A DNA stretch of 63,293 nt, counting the filler, from Sphacelaria rigidula (Eukaryota): the NCBI GenBank assembly GCA_964200075.2. It is 8 parts of 8 records of this genome, joined end to end, with 100 filler letters (N's around TTAATTAATTAA, not from the genome) between each part and the next. Parts side by side here need not be neighbours in the genome. Positions count along the whole stretch, not along the records: positions 7,926 to 15,750 come from CAXNAA020013344.1; positions 15,851 to 23,674 come from CAXNAA020013345.1; positions 23,775 to 31,598 come from CAXNAA020013346.1; 5 more parts are not named here. One strand, given 5' to 3'. Below, in pieces: positions 11,523 to 24,149 of the stretch; the stretch's first letter is position 1, and each line of letters begins with the position of its first letter. The position numbers were made by a program, and so were the translations under genes. The notes below the pieces were generated by a model, which did no database searches, was not told the origin of the DNA, and worked only from the letters and a program-made list of their open reading frames with translations.

Positions 11523-12691
11523 CTGTACACCGTAGACGAAATATTTCATCCACGCGGGAAGTATTGTGCAGCTGTAGGTATAGGCATACGACGCTCGAAA
11601 CTCTTCACCGGTGATTCGACATTCAATGTGACGGTGTAAAGCTCCTGTATCAAATGTTGGTCGCATCACATACACAACGGATGCACTCTGCCGGAGTAGG
11701 AGTAGCGTCTTCGGATGGCATAACTGTCACGATAGCCCAAGGGCATGAGTCTGGGACTAATAACGCGCGCTTTTTCAAAATTTCACTCTCGCGTTGATGT
11801 TCTCTTTCACCTGATTTCTTACACGCTGTGTCGAAGTACGCACATATTATCATAGTGCCGAACTCTAAAGCGTAACCCCAATACAAGGTTTGAAAAGTAA
11901 AGTGGGTTGGCAGGCGCCCGCTTGAGCGAACGCGCGTGCTGCGCATGCTGGCGAGCAGTTGAGACTATCAGCACCGTGAAGATATGTATGTGATAGTCTG
12001 CAGTCTACATCAAGTATGCTTCGGCAGTGGACTACGGTGACGGGTTGGAGCAAACTGCACTGGCACAGATGAACAAACAGGCGGACAGACGAAGACACAC
12101 CAGTCGACTTGTTTTACACACGTCTCTCTCCGATCATAAATTTACTGTAGGATCCCGTTGTTCACCGTGTATGATCACAGAATCGATGTTTGCCGCTTCT
12201 CAAACATGTAAACTTGTGCAAGTGGCTGCATTTGCGACAGAAAGTGATTCAACGCACGTGGATAAAACTCCCTAGGTGAGCTGATCTTTACCCTACATCG
12301 TTTTTATATCGCACGGTGTGATTCTCCAGGCAACTCCAGAACTCAGCCGCCTCATTGTTTTTTTCGTAATTGTCTCACCAGCTCGATTTTTTTCACTTGA
12401 TGTCAACTCGTACCAATTTCTCATCGCCGATGTGAATCCTTCCTGCGCGTCCAGTAAATTACTCTCAACACGCGAATCAATTCCTGTTTCACAGGCCTGG
12501 CTCTGTCTGTTAGCCTAAGTAGCTGGTTCTATAGTATCTACCCGGTCAAACGTGGTCTTCGGAGAAGAATTGGAAGTTTTGTGTGATTCTTGCATTTCCG
12601 TGCCGCCGCCTACCTCCGAGAGATGGATCACACGGCCGAGAGCACAAGTAGTCATGCAGGGGTAATAACCACCGTCACCTACAGCACATAC

Positions 12692-12784
12692 CTCGAAAAT
12701 TGAAGCGCGAGGGTCGTTTTGTCCAAGATGCCCATCGTGCAGCCCGAGTCTTGCCAACCCGTCTTGAGCACTTTCCCATTTGGC
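12692..12784 (-). CDS. AAGAB: p34/AAGAB-like, internal exon (predicted)
   Basis: CAG|GCC...GAG|GTATGT, 93 nt, phase 0/0, AKWESAQDGLARLGLHDGHLGQNDPRASIFE. An alternative acceptor lies 6 nt upstream. Confidence 0.45.
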
Positions 12785-13360
12785 CTGTAACTGTGTTCGA
12801 ATCGGGCAAGGTCGTCCCAAATGTATCGATGTTAGTGTAGACAAAACATGGAATATTTTGTCCCGTTTAGATTGCTAGTTTGTCGTACAGGCGGACAAGC
12901 CATTTTCCACGCTCTTCTTGCTGAATTTTGATCGACTGTATACCGGCACTTTTCTCTGTATTGCATTTCGTCGTACTTCAAGCCGCCCTTTCCCCTCTTT
13001 CCCCGTGCCCTCGGGACAAGTCCCTAGTCTCGTGGGATCAGCTGAACGCTCTCCCGGTACCCACGTTTCAAACTGTTATCGAGCAAGGGATCCGCAACTT
13101 CGTAACCCGTTTGACTTCCATCGAATTATCACCGTGAAACTCATGGTGAAAGGCTTGCCGCAGAACATGCACGTCCATTCATCCCTTTTGCGACATAGGT
13201 TCCAACGGAATTATGTTTTTCACACTTTACGACAAATGAAATCCTTCGAACACAAGGCAGAGAAGTGTATTTGCAACGGTGGGTACATTTGCGTACGATA
13301 CCCCAGAGTAGAATCCGGAGGGCTCACTCTCTGTGATAATGAGAACTCCAGAGTACCTGG

Positions 13361-13634
13361 GAGTAATGTCACGGTAGGGCCGGCACGTTTTGAGCCAAAT
13401 TGTGTCTCGGGGCTGCTCGGGGTGTTGGAGTGGCCATTTTAATAACCGGCATAATTTTTACTTGAAAGACTGAAAATGATGCCGATTCACGAAAAGGCCC
13501 CTGCGTACAAACACCATGTTTCTGGGAGCCCGGTCCCCAAAGGGTTAGGGCTGCACAGTAAGCCCCAGATGTTTGTGTTCCCCTACAAAAAAGAGCCCCA
13601 GAACCAAAAAGTGCCACCTACCGTGGCATCACTC
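13361..13634. mobile_element. Sola2-like MITE
   Basis: TIRs GAGTAATGTCACGGTAGG / CCTACCGTGGCATCACTC, with CTGG duplicated on both sides. Confidence 0.75.
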
Positions 13635-14388
13635 CTGGAGTGCTTACTCCGCCAAAGCACGGAGCACCTCCGGTGTGTCAGGAGTACTGACCCCTCCAAG
13701 GGTCCAGGTGCCTCAGAGTACATGAACAACGAACTGTCGAAAATACCCAGTGCTCAAAGGCTGGGAAGGAACGAAGGAGTTGTGAGAGTGCATCACGAAA
13801 CATTTACCTTCGGGTGCCGTTCGGGCAGAAAGTGTTGCAAAGTTTGGAGTAGCTGTAGTCCCAAGTTCATCACCAACAGATTGCCGCAACTAACTTTTTA
13901 GTATTAATAGGCCTTCATGGATCGAGGGGACTTTGAACGTATACCAGATTAAATAAAATATCACACTCACGTCCGCTTCGGACAGGAAGCACTGAACTAA
14001 GCACATTCGTTCTCAAATCAATCACGATTCGGTCATTTTTGCTTGTACGTCATTCCCGTGTATCGCCACATGGTTACTCTCATGTGGGTAGTCAAAACAC
14101 TATGCTCAGTGCAACAGTGGTGGCGGTAGTGTAGTACCTCTGTTCATACCTCTATCTACACATGTATAGCTAGACCGAAACAGATTAAATGCCTTGTGCT
14201 CTCGTTCTCGCATCTGGGCAAAAATGGGCTCACCCCATGAACATATCAAGGACACGTTGAACACGGACAACAACCAACCGAAAGATGGTCCTTCTTGTGA
14301 GGTTAAAATTCAACGCTTGTCGCTTACCCGTGGATGGAGCAATCGTCCTGATGAAGGCACCCACCGTGTAAACCATCCGACCTCTCAC

Positions 14389-14601
14389 CTCAACGTGATG
14401 CGGGTCGACAGCAATGCCATCCTCCTCGTCCTCCTCCCCCTCCCCCTCCTTCTCATCATCATCATTACCACTACCATCACCACCATCCCCATCCCCATCC
14501 CCATCATCATCATCGCTATCGAGTGTGCCGTAGCCCAAGTGCGCCGGCTCTGCACCTTGTCCTGGTTCGGTCGCGTCAACAAAGCCTTCAAGATATTCGC
14601 T
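14389..14601 (-). CDS. Acidic low-complexity exon, probably of the p34/AAGAB-like gene
   Basis: SEYLEGFVD...DSDDDDGDGDG...EEDEEDGIAVDPHHVE with a clear phase-0 donor GAG|GTGAGA. The acceptor position is uncertain. Confidence 0.5.
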
Positions 14602-15439
14602 CTTTTTTTTTTCGGTTATGCGGAAGGGACGGCGGTGGGATACGACGGGAGCGCCCATGCGTAGTGTAAGGGGGGATGTGTGTGGGTGGAGAATATGATA
14701 AATGGCCTCCTGTAGGTTGTTACTGTGTACCAGTTCGCTAAAGTATCATCGCTAGAGCTAGTGTATCGGTAACTTTATATCCATATATCGGACCCCGTAC
14801 TATGTATCGCATCGTATCGATAAGTGGCGCCGATACCGACAGTTTTCCATGACAGTATCAGCTATAAAAGTGCAGTCTATCTCACAGTATTCGATGGATA
14901 ATCACAAATGTGATCGAACTTGTGCCCTCGCCTGGCGCCTATTGGCGCGCAACCATCGATATGTTCGCCATAGATTAGCGATATATCGCCGCTACTACGC
15001 TGGCCCCTTACTCCCGGTAAGGAGATCGTGTTACTGCCGCTAGTCGTCCAGAGGTCGGGTTTTTGGTCCCTGGGCAGGCCGGAATACAATATATAGATAG
15101 CGCCAATCACGGAGAACGTTTCTTAAGCCTTTTGAGTGATCCCGAGGTGGGCTGGGGAGGAGGGGGGAGAGGCGGTGAGGGGCGGGAGTTTCGATCGAAG
15201 ACTTTCGCACAAAGGAGCCATTGCCTGCTAGAGATCACGTAGGGCGTTACAGTACACCCAGTAGCTCCATTGATGGCACACACCGATGTACACGACTTTC
15301 TGAAACAACGTCTCAAGGCGCTCGGCGATGTTTCGCAGTCACGGAAACACACGACAAGATCGTCGTGGTGCGCGTGAGGCTGGTTTCACACACCCATGGA
15401 ACACCCCTGTGGAACGCGCAAATGTACTCCTACACTCCC

Positions 15440-15730
15440 GCCACCTCCCTCCCCCCCTGGTCCGGCGAGGAACCGGCGTGCTCCGTCCCGGCTTTGTAGG
15501 GGCGGACCCCCGATGAGGTTGGCGTCGGTTGGCGATGACGCTACAAAAACGCCACTCATTACGGAAGCTAGGCAACCAGGTTACCGGGGTTTTTTGGCGC
15601 GCTTGCGGTTTTTTTGTTTGCGGTAACCATGATGGCGGTCGAGCTAGATCATGTTGTGCGGCATGGGAGAACCTCAACTCCGCATAATGGGGATGATCGT
15701 ACCACGTCGTGTTTAAATGGTGAGGCAACC
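15440..15730 (-). repeat. Dispersed repeat matching the distal part of family A
   Basis: The reverse complement aligns with 31260-31540 (GTACGATCATCCCC...GGAGTTGAGGTTCTCC; CATCGCCAACCGACGC). Confidence 0.8.
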
Positions 15731-15750
15731 ATGACGTAGTGTATAAGCTG

Positions 15751-15850
15751 NNNNNNNNNNNNNNNNNNNNNNNNNNNNNNNNNNNNNNNNNNNNTTAATT
15801 AATTAANNNNNNNNNNNNNNNNNNNNNNNNNNNNNNNNNNNNNNNNNNNN
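15751..15850. other. Artificial contig linker
   Basis: 44 N + TTAATTAATTAA + 44 N. Confidence 0.99.
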
Positions 15851-18228
15851 GTAAAACTCCGCAGCTGCAGCATTGAGCCTGGATATTGGCACTGTCGACA
15901 TGACCCACTACCTAGGCTGTATGTTGTGTTACCACTGACACGACACGCAGACAAGCCAGTAGATCAAGTCACCCTCCCTTACTTACTGGTTGGGTTGTCG
16001 ACGGGGTTAGCCTACCCCGACACAATCAACCCCAGACGGGTGGCGGTCGGGGAGAGGAAGTCACGACAGAGTGTCGTGGCGAAAAGTTGCTTGCCCCATG
16101 AAGTGAGGTGACGATAAGTTGCCCCATGAAGCGAAGAAAAGATACCGCTTGTCAAGTAGATGTGATGTTTCGAACTGTAGGCCGATGGGAAGATACCAGC
16201 AGTGTAGTGGCGACATGATGTGACGAGAAGCGGAAACGAATCCAAAGGACTTGACCCGCAAAAACGACCTTTCACGATGCCGCACATGAATCAAATCATG
16301 CTGGGGCTTTACGTCATTGTGGGGGACGTTAAACCTTTTTCGTCCCCCGAGGTAACTCCAGCAAACATGCTCCGTGGTCGCCGGTCAGTAATTCATTCGA
16401 ACACACAGGGAATGATCCGGACATTTGCTCGAGCAGTCCTATGGTTGCTCTCAGAGTTCGTTGGTACAAAGTTGAAAAGAGCGCAAATACGCCACCACCG
16501 CACACAGTACCGTGCAAACACCGTGCGATCACATACCTGGCTAATATGGAAAGGCAGGGACACCAGAGCTAACAGGAGCGCGGCATAGAAGACGCACTTA
16601 AACCCCGAACGTTGCACACGGAGTACGGTCTCACAATATCTGACTTTTCACAAGCAGTCAACAGTCTTTAAGTACCTACCTCCAGGTGGACTTCACCCCC
16701 TCTGCTGGCTATGTGTACTCTGCGCACGCGTGTTCGCCTGTTTCCGTCTCGGGACACTTCACTCTCTAGTAGTGGTTCAACAGCACTTACCTCCTGCCTA
16801 CGAAGCACTTGGTACACAAATGCATGTTGTAACACCCGGACTTGCTATGGGTTATTGTGCGCTGCACTAAAGTGAGATGCAAGAACAGCATTTAAAAAAA
16901 ATCACATTTTCCCCGTGCCAGCTCGGGTACGGGTGGACGCATGCTGCCTGCACCGTTCTGTTGTAGCGGTGATGTGTATGGGATACCACGCCGTGAGCGC
17001 GCAGGGCCGTGTAAAGGGGTGCACGACAGGATGTACTTACAGTGCTGCTTTGGCACGGGAAGTATCGAGCACACGAGACAGCTGTGTGTTCTCTGTTCTG
17101 TCCAGCCTGATGATTATTTCGAGAAACCAGCAGGGGTGCAAAATTTGTTGCGGACCAAAAACCCTCACACGGTCGGTTGTCCAGCTGCCTCAAGCCAAAC
17201 AAAAGGCACAATTGTTGCGCTACCCAGTACGCAGACAATACATGAAATAGTGCAGCCCTACAGCGATGCGACTGTACAGTACTGCTTATCCTTCTCGCTT
17301 GGTCACCATGTCGGGGTCTGGTCACGAGGTGATTCGGGTATCACTTTCCAGAAACATACCAGGCCAGGGTTTGCACGAAGCAAGCAGCAGGCCGCAATGA
17401 GTAAGTGCAGTCGAGTGGAGTAACTCTCCAGCTCGCGGCTTACAGACCCGTGAGTCCAAACCAGCACTGCATCATGAGGCAAAACATAGACTCACTCTCA
17501 CGTGCAGAGAAGTGCTCTTGACTTGCTTGCAAGGGAGATGTCTCCACGTTGTGGCTGATAGCTTTGTTTTTGGGCGCTGCTAGGTGGCTCAACGACTGCT
17601 GCTAGGTGGCTGCAAGTTGGGACTTGTAACGGACTGGGTGCGCAACTCATCAAAACTGGAACAAAACACTACTATGCGAATGAAATACGGCCTATTGCAC
17701 ATGCCGCGGGCACTTCGAAACGCCTACTATATATGCAGTCGGTATCCGCCGCAACAGAAGCTCCTCGCCCGCGTCCTTTGTGTGTCCTCGCTCGGCGATT
17801 CCTAATCGCTCGAGAGACCGGAATCATGCATGTCACTACCATGTACCCAATTTCCCATGTACCTGTACGGAGGTTATTGCTGTACAGTGCCCCCAAAAAC
17901 ATGAATGTGCCGGGGGGTGCCGTCTCTTCTTGTTTGTGGAGCTTACTAATGCAAAGATCGATTCCTCTCTGCCTCTCGTTGTGGACAGGACGCGCCTCTG
18001 TGCGCTGTAGAACACGTCTATGAAAAACAGAGCGATGTTCCCGTCACCGCACCTGTTCTGTGTCATACACATGCCAGCGAGGACGGTGTTGCGGCAATAA
18101 CAGATCCCACCGCAACTTAGGGGGTGTTATCCATCATTGATTTCACCCGACATCTGTACCTGTGTGTGAGCGACGACAAGAGCATTCCACACGCCAGTTC
18201 GGGCGATTTATGAGAGGCCAAACACTTA

Positions 18229-19351
18229 CAAGCTGGTTTAGATTGGAAACCCAAAATTCTGTCATCAGCAAATGCCTTCCGCAGTACGCACCCAATGGTC
18301 GCGCATACATGATATCATACTGACCGCGAGGAAGAGACGAAAAGGGTGACATAGCCGGATTTTTATTCAAGGCTATATCGGTGGCAAAATGGGCCTCGAC
18401 CAATCAGCGCCTTTCAAATTGTTCCGAAATTGAAAACACGAATTCCAAGCCCAATTTCCACCGAATCTCGACATGCTTCAAACCGTAGTAACTGTAATCA
18501 GCTTAGAAATCTAACGGGAGGAACAGATTCGAAAACGGTTCCAACGCGGTCGATTTTTGCCAAAAACCGCAGTGTTTAGGTGATGTGGAGCTGTGGCGTC
18601 GTATGATTTCCACTCGTCATACGTACGAAAGACGCACACAGCGTCGTGACAATTTCCCTTCTATCTGTTGTAGAAAAGCTCAGATCATCCTCCAACTTGG
18701 CAGTTCCGTAGGTATTGGTGCTCCAAATGGAAAAAATGCGTTATTGGCACGATTTCAAATGTTATCCGTTCTCTACCGGCTTCCGGGGGTCCCAGCATGA
18801 GACCCCCGGAAACCGGCACAGAATGTCTCAACCCCAGAAGTTTAACCTCTTAGGGTTAGGTGGTATCCCAACAAACATGTGTACCAATTTTCGTTGCTCA
18901 ACTCGGAAAGACTGAATCGGCTGGGTCTTGAACCGTAAAACCAAATATTAAAAAGGGCGATTTTATACTTTAATCAAGTAATTAGGGGGGCGGCAGTCTT
19001 TTTCATGCTTCGGCGCACGTTTTCGAATTTCCTCACGCCGTTTTTCCGATTAGACCACGAAATTTCGCACACATGTTCTCGAGGGCATTATCTAAACCTC
19101 GAGAAGTTGGCTTTTCTTTTATTTTGTCGTTTGATGATCGGTTATCCAGGGTCGCGATTGATCAAGTTGACCGGGGGGGGGGCTGCGAATCCCGGTTATC
19201 TCGGCTCCTAAACCAAAAATAAGAAACCTATTCTCCGAGTTTTAGATAATGCCTTCGAGAACATGTGTGCAAAATTTCGTGGTCTAACTCGAAAGACGGC
19301 GTGAGGAATCGCCGGGGACACAATTTTGAGTTTTCAACCTGAACCAGCTTG
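18229..19351. mobile_element. Non-autonomous TIR element, probably TA-targeting (Tc1/mariner-like), inserted in the left arm
   Basis: About 35-bp TIRs CAAGCTGGTTYAGRTTGRAAACYCAAAATT; absent from the right arm; flanks TA/TT; internal inverted repeat 19029-19120 / 19221-19308. Confidence 0.7.
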
Positions 19352-19525
19352 TTGTTATGGAGAGCTTCTTGTCCTGCGGACTAAACAGGGATACCTATGA
19401 TGTTGACCTGACTGTTTTTGGCGTGGTGCATGGGGGTCCCTCCATACTGCAACGTGGAGCAGCTACCCGCTGCGTGTGTGTCGCAGTATCTTTCGAGAAT
19501 TCCCATGTAAGGAGGTCATTCATTG

Positions 19526-20529
19526 AAGCAATGCTACGATAGGGGTTGCACTTCGTTCGCGAAAACGTTTCCAGGGGCTACTCGGGGTGTTGCATGGATC
19601 ACTTCAAGAGCCGGCATCATTTGTACTCGAAAAATACTGAAAGTGATGCCGATCCACGAAACGGCCCCTGGGTGAAAGCACCATGTTTCTAGGAGTCCGG
19701 TCCCCGGATGTTCGAGTTGCGCAGTATGGCCGGATGGTGTGGCAAACAGATTTTTGGCTCACATATTGTTCACTTTTGGGATATTTGACCCACCTTTTGA
19801 CCCCAAAACAGCGAAAATCGCCAACACACGTCTCGGACACATTGCATCACTTCAGAGTCATCCTACGATAGGGGGGGGGGGTATTTGATTGCCCGAAAAA
19901 AGAGGCTAGAAAGGGTGTCAGACGATCTGCCATACTCGCGGTGCGCTTGTCTTTGGTTCAAAACGGTGTCTATCGATATGAATGAGCATTATTCATCTAT
20001 AGTAAGCTCGTTCGAGCAACCGTTGCTCCTTTCAACGACGATTTGACATGGAATTTCGTGCGAGAAGTGGCCCTCCCCCCTATCGTACGATGACTTCATA
20101 GAGAAGAGCCCAGTCTGCTTTTCAGATTCACTTGGCTCCGAGGTATCGAGATTGGCCGCTGAACAAACCTTCGTGTGCAAAAATCTGTACTTGCTGACCC
20201 CCGCCAGTTTGCCCAATAATCTGTGGAGATCGACGTAGATTTTATTGCACACGGATCATTGTTCAGCGGCCGCTCTCGAAACCTCGGAGCCAAGCGAATC
20301 TGAAAAGTGGGCTAGGCTCCTCTCTGTGAAGTGATGCAAAGAGTCCGAGACGTGTGTTGGCGATATTCCCTGTTTGGGGGTGAAATGGTGAGTCAAACGT
20401 CCCAAAAGTGAACAATCCGTGGGCCAAAAATCTGTTTGCCATAACATCCGGCCTAAGCCCCCCATATTTGGGCTCCTACGAAAAAAATGCCCAGAAACAA
20501 AAAGTGCAACCCCTACGGTAGCATTCCTC
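19526..20529. mobile_element. Sola2-like non-autonomous element with long TIRs and a related element nested at about 19855-20094
   Basis: Ends AAGCAATGCTACGATAGGGG / CCCCTACGGTAGCATTCCTC with ATTG on both sides. The right arm shows the empty site (GGTCATTC-ATTA-CAAG). Confidence 0.8.
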
Positions 20530-21261
20530 ATTGCAAGATGGGGCGAGATATTGTCACGAGGAAGAAGAGTGCTCTATGATTTACCACTTGTCGTTGCATT
20601 TGAAACCCACGCCATCAACCGCCGACCGCAATAAAGGTCTTGTGGCTTTTACGGAACGCTGACGGCAGTACGCCAGACAAACCCGATCATAGCTAGCAAT
20701 CGTTGCTCAGCTGTACTGACTGTCGTCTGTACAATCACTGTAACACCGAAATTGACAACGGTTGTGAAAATTCAACAGTTCAATTTTTTCGACTCATTCC
20801 ACGCAATCTAAAGGATTCTCAAGAGCTGCGGAAAAGTGGCCGCTTTGAATTCGGTCGAACGTGCGAAGACACTGTCGAACAGTAATATCAAGCTATGCTT
20901 GGATTGGCATGAAGCAATCAGTGTAGAACCGAACCGAACCGAAATGAGCAGGTTAACGTTCTGAAATGAAAACTATGCACATGAAACGGTTTGCAGGAGC
21001 GAAAACGTGAGTTTTCATTTGGAGAAACTCTCCGTGCCTCTGTCAGTGTTACACAGGCTTGCAAAAACTATCTCGTCGTTTCTTCAATACCTGGCTGGGG
21101 GCGGGAAAGCCACCCTCCCCGCAGCTCTTGAGAATCGTTCAGATTGTGTGGAACGAGTTGAAAAAAATGATCTGTTGAGTTCTCACAACCGTTGTCAGTT
21201 TCGGTGTTACGATGATTGTACAGACGACACTCAGTGAAGTAGAGCAACGATTGCTAGCTAT

Positions 21262-21471
21262 TGTAATGTGTCAGAGGACCGCGTGCTTAGAGGATCGCGC
21301 CGTAGTTCAAAACACCTCAGGATCGACGTTTTTCAAAACCAATCGGGCCAGTCCCTGCAGGTACCACGCCCCTGACCATGACCCTAACACTAACCCTAAC
21401 CCAACCCCTGACCAGAGGGATGTTCAAGTTCGATGCGATCTCCTGAGCTCGCGATCCTCTCACTTACTACA
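21262..21471. mobile_element. TGT...ACA MITE (Ginger-like) with an internal telomere-like tract
   Basis: GCTAT is duplicated on both sides, and the empty site is in the left arm near 20690. TIRs TGTAATG...GAGGAYCGCG; CCCTAA-type units at 21370-21412. Confidence 0.8.
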
Positions 21472-23674
21472 GCTATGACGAGGTTTGTCTGGCGTGCTGC
21501 CGTTGGCGCTGCATGAACGCCACAAGACCTTTATTGCGGCCGGCGGTTGATGGCGTAGGTCTTGAATGTAACGACAAGTGGTAGGTCATAGACCACTCTT
21601 GTTCCTCGTGAAACATACTCAGCCTCACCTTGTAATGAATGACCTACTCACGTGGGAATTCTCGAAAGATACTACGACACACACGCAGCGGGTGGCTGCT
21701 CCACATTGCAGCATGGAGGTACCCCCATGCACCACGCCAGAAACAGCTAGGTCACCATCATGGGTACCCCTCGATAATCAGTATATCGATAAGCTCTCCA
21801 CAACTAGCTGTTTGGTCTCTCATAAATCGCCCGAACTGGCGTGTGGAATGCTCTTGTCGTCGCGCATACACAGGTACAGATGTCGGGTGAAATCAACGAT
21901 GGATAACACCTCCTAAGTTGCGGTTGGATCTGTTATTGCCGCAACACCGTCCTCGCTGGCATGTGTGTGACACAGAACAGGTGCGGTGACGGGAACATCA
22001 CTCTGTTTTTCAACAACGTGTTCTACAGAGCACAGAGGCGCGTCCTGTCCAAAACGAGAGGCAGAGAGGAATCGATCTTTGCATTAGTAAGCTCCAGACA
22101 AGAAGAGATGGCACCCCTCGGCACCTTGATGATTTTTTGGGCACTGTACAGCAATAACCTCCGTACCGGCACATGGGATATTGGGTACATGGTAGTGACA
22201 TGCATGATTCCGGTCTCTCGAGCGATTGGGAATCGCCAGGACATACAAAGGCCGCGGGCGAGGATCTTCGTCTCTGCTGTTACTCCTTCGGTGGTATCGT
22301 CATCGGCACGCGTTTACACGCATTTGTTTGGTGCACTTGCTTGACTGCTGCAGAGGTTGTTTTGGGGGAAGTTGGTTCCCCTTGGTGTGACTGTTTCTCG
22401 CCATCCCTGCAAAAATGGTTTGCCGCCTGAACCCCATGTTTTAGAGTTCAACCCCAAAATTTAGAATCGGCTGTCGACAGTTGACGTTTTCTTGGGCAAG
22501 ATACATGGTCGTTTTTCTACAACTGTTGATGCATCCTATCAGAACGATGCACCACTCTGAGCTCAAGTATTCTAATATGACAGATTCGTACTTCAAGTAT
22601 ACGAATGTGACAGATTCGTGCATCGAACTCGAAGTGACGTTTTCCCCGTGACGAAAGCTCGCGTTTGGGGGTTTGTTTAGGTTTTCGTGAGTTTCAAAAG
22701 AGTTGATGGAACTTGACACCGCAGCTTCTTTGCAGCACCAATATAACGTATGTGCTAAATTTTATGTTGAGATCCGTGCTGTGTTGAACGATACACCTGT
22801 TATTTCCTTAGATTTCATATCACGGTACCGCCGCGACCAGGTCGTTTGAAGTCGTGGATCGTGCGGTGCACTCTTGGGTGCCTAGGTTTGTCGTTGGTGT
22901 TAGTTCGACGCGGTTCGGCTGATCATCGGCTGTTGAGCGTGATGCAAAATATTCATTTGAACCAGACGAGTTTTTTACACAACCATTCACACCTGAACAA
23001 AACTACCGTATCCATTTTGACCTCTTGAAGTACCATGAAGCACTGCCAATGCACGCGCATCAACTCTGTACGGCGGGTGGTCTTCATTGCGCTGTGACAG
23101 CTAGCGAGCTGCCGGGGATCGTTGGTATGACCAATGTGCTGGAGATTGAGGATCAAACGTAGAAACATGTTTTTCATCGTTCTCATCTCGACGTGCCACA
23201 TGCTAAATCACCTTCGTCGAACGGGACGGTCAACGTGACTATCTGACACATTACACATAGGCCCTCGCCATGATATTCTGTGAATGCCCCGGAAAATTTT
23301 AGAGAGTTTCGAAAAAAAATTGTTTCATCTTAGAGTTGGAGTGGAAGGTAATATAGCCGGTTTCGGTGCACGTTCCACTCTGGATTGTTTTCCCAGAGCG
23401 GTTTTTTCAGCGTCAGGCTACTACTTACTACGTATAAAAATCCAGTATACAAGAACAAACATTTTCTGAATGAACGTTTTCAACAGAGTTTTTAACGTGG
23501 CGTCGTTTGCGTCATGCTGATGTTATTAAAATCAGAAAAGCAGTTATCGTCGTCTTCTACTAGATATGCGGGGGAATGTTTCAAATCTGGGGCGCGTGAG
23601 AGAGAGCGCTCTGCTGTTGTGTTGTGATGTGCGGTTCGTACTGTTCGGTACTGAGAATGTTGACTACGCAGTAT

Positions 23675-23774
23675 NNNNNNNNNNNNNNNNNNNNNNNNNN
23701 NNNNNNNNNNNNNNNNNNTTAATTAATTAANNNNNNNNNNNNNNNNNNNNNNNNNNNNNNNNNNNNNNNNNNNN
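23675..23774. other. Artificial contig linker
   Basis: 44 N + TTAATTAATTAA + 44 N. Confidence 0.99.
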
Positions 23775-24097
23775 GCGCGGGTGCGGGGGGAGAGTGCCGG
23801 CGTCGTCGCGGGCCGGAGGCGCCGGGGGGAGCAGGGGGCGCGGAGACGTGCTGGCTGCTGCTGCAACGATATAATGATATCCGCTTCGTGTCGACAACCA
23901 GCAACTTCTACCGACAGCACGATCTGGCTAGTCTTGTTTCCATCGAACTGGTAAAATATTGTGTTTGTATCTTCCATAGCAGTGCGAGACGTGACGAGAT
24001 ACTTCAAATGATTCCTATCGATCGCTCCAGGATATGGTTACCTCACCTTCTTGCCGATTACACAAGATCTGCACGGTGGTCGCGCTTTTTTGTGCAG

Positions 24098-24149
24098 GTT
24101 GAGGGCGAATACTCGTTGTCAGATGCTAGTATGGATATTGAACATGACG
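24098..24149 (+). CDS. Possible small internal exon of an unidentified gene
   Basis: Acceptor TTTTTTGTGCAG| and a GTGAGT donor at 24150 (alternative at 24175); VEGEYSLSDASMDIEHD. No homology recognised. Confidence 0.25.

Larger units (their letters stand above)
17757..22270. repeat. Long foldback with arms of about 0.9 kb, interrupted by nested insertions
   Basis: Left-arm pieces 17757-18228, 19352-19525 and 20530-20831 are reverse complements of the right arm 21120-22270 (excluding the insert at 21262-21471). The spacer is about 20832-21119. Confidence 0.9.

Noticed and set aside
23719..24007. ORFs running into N linkers (also near 31376, 47499 and 55159)
   Set aside because: Artefacts of translating through the artificial spacer.
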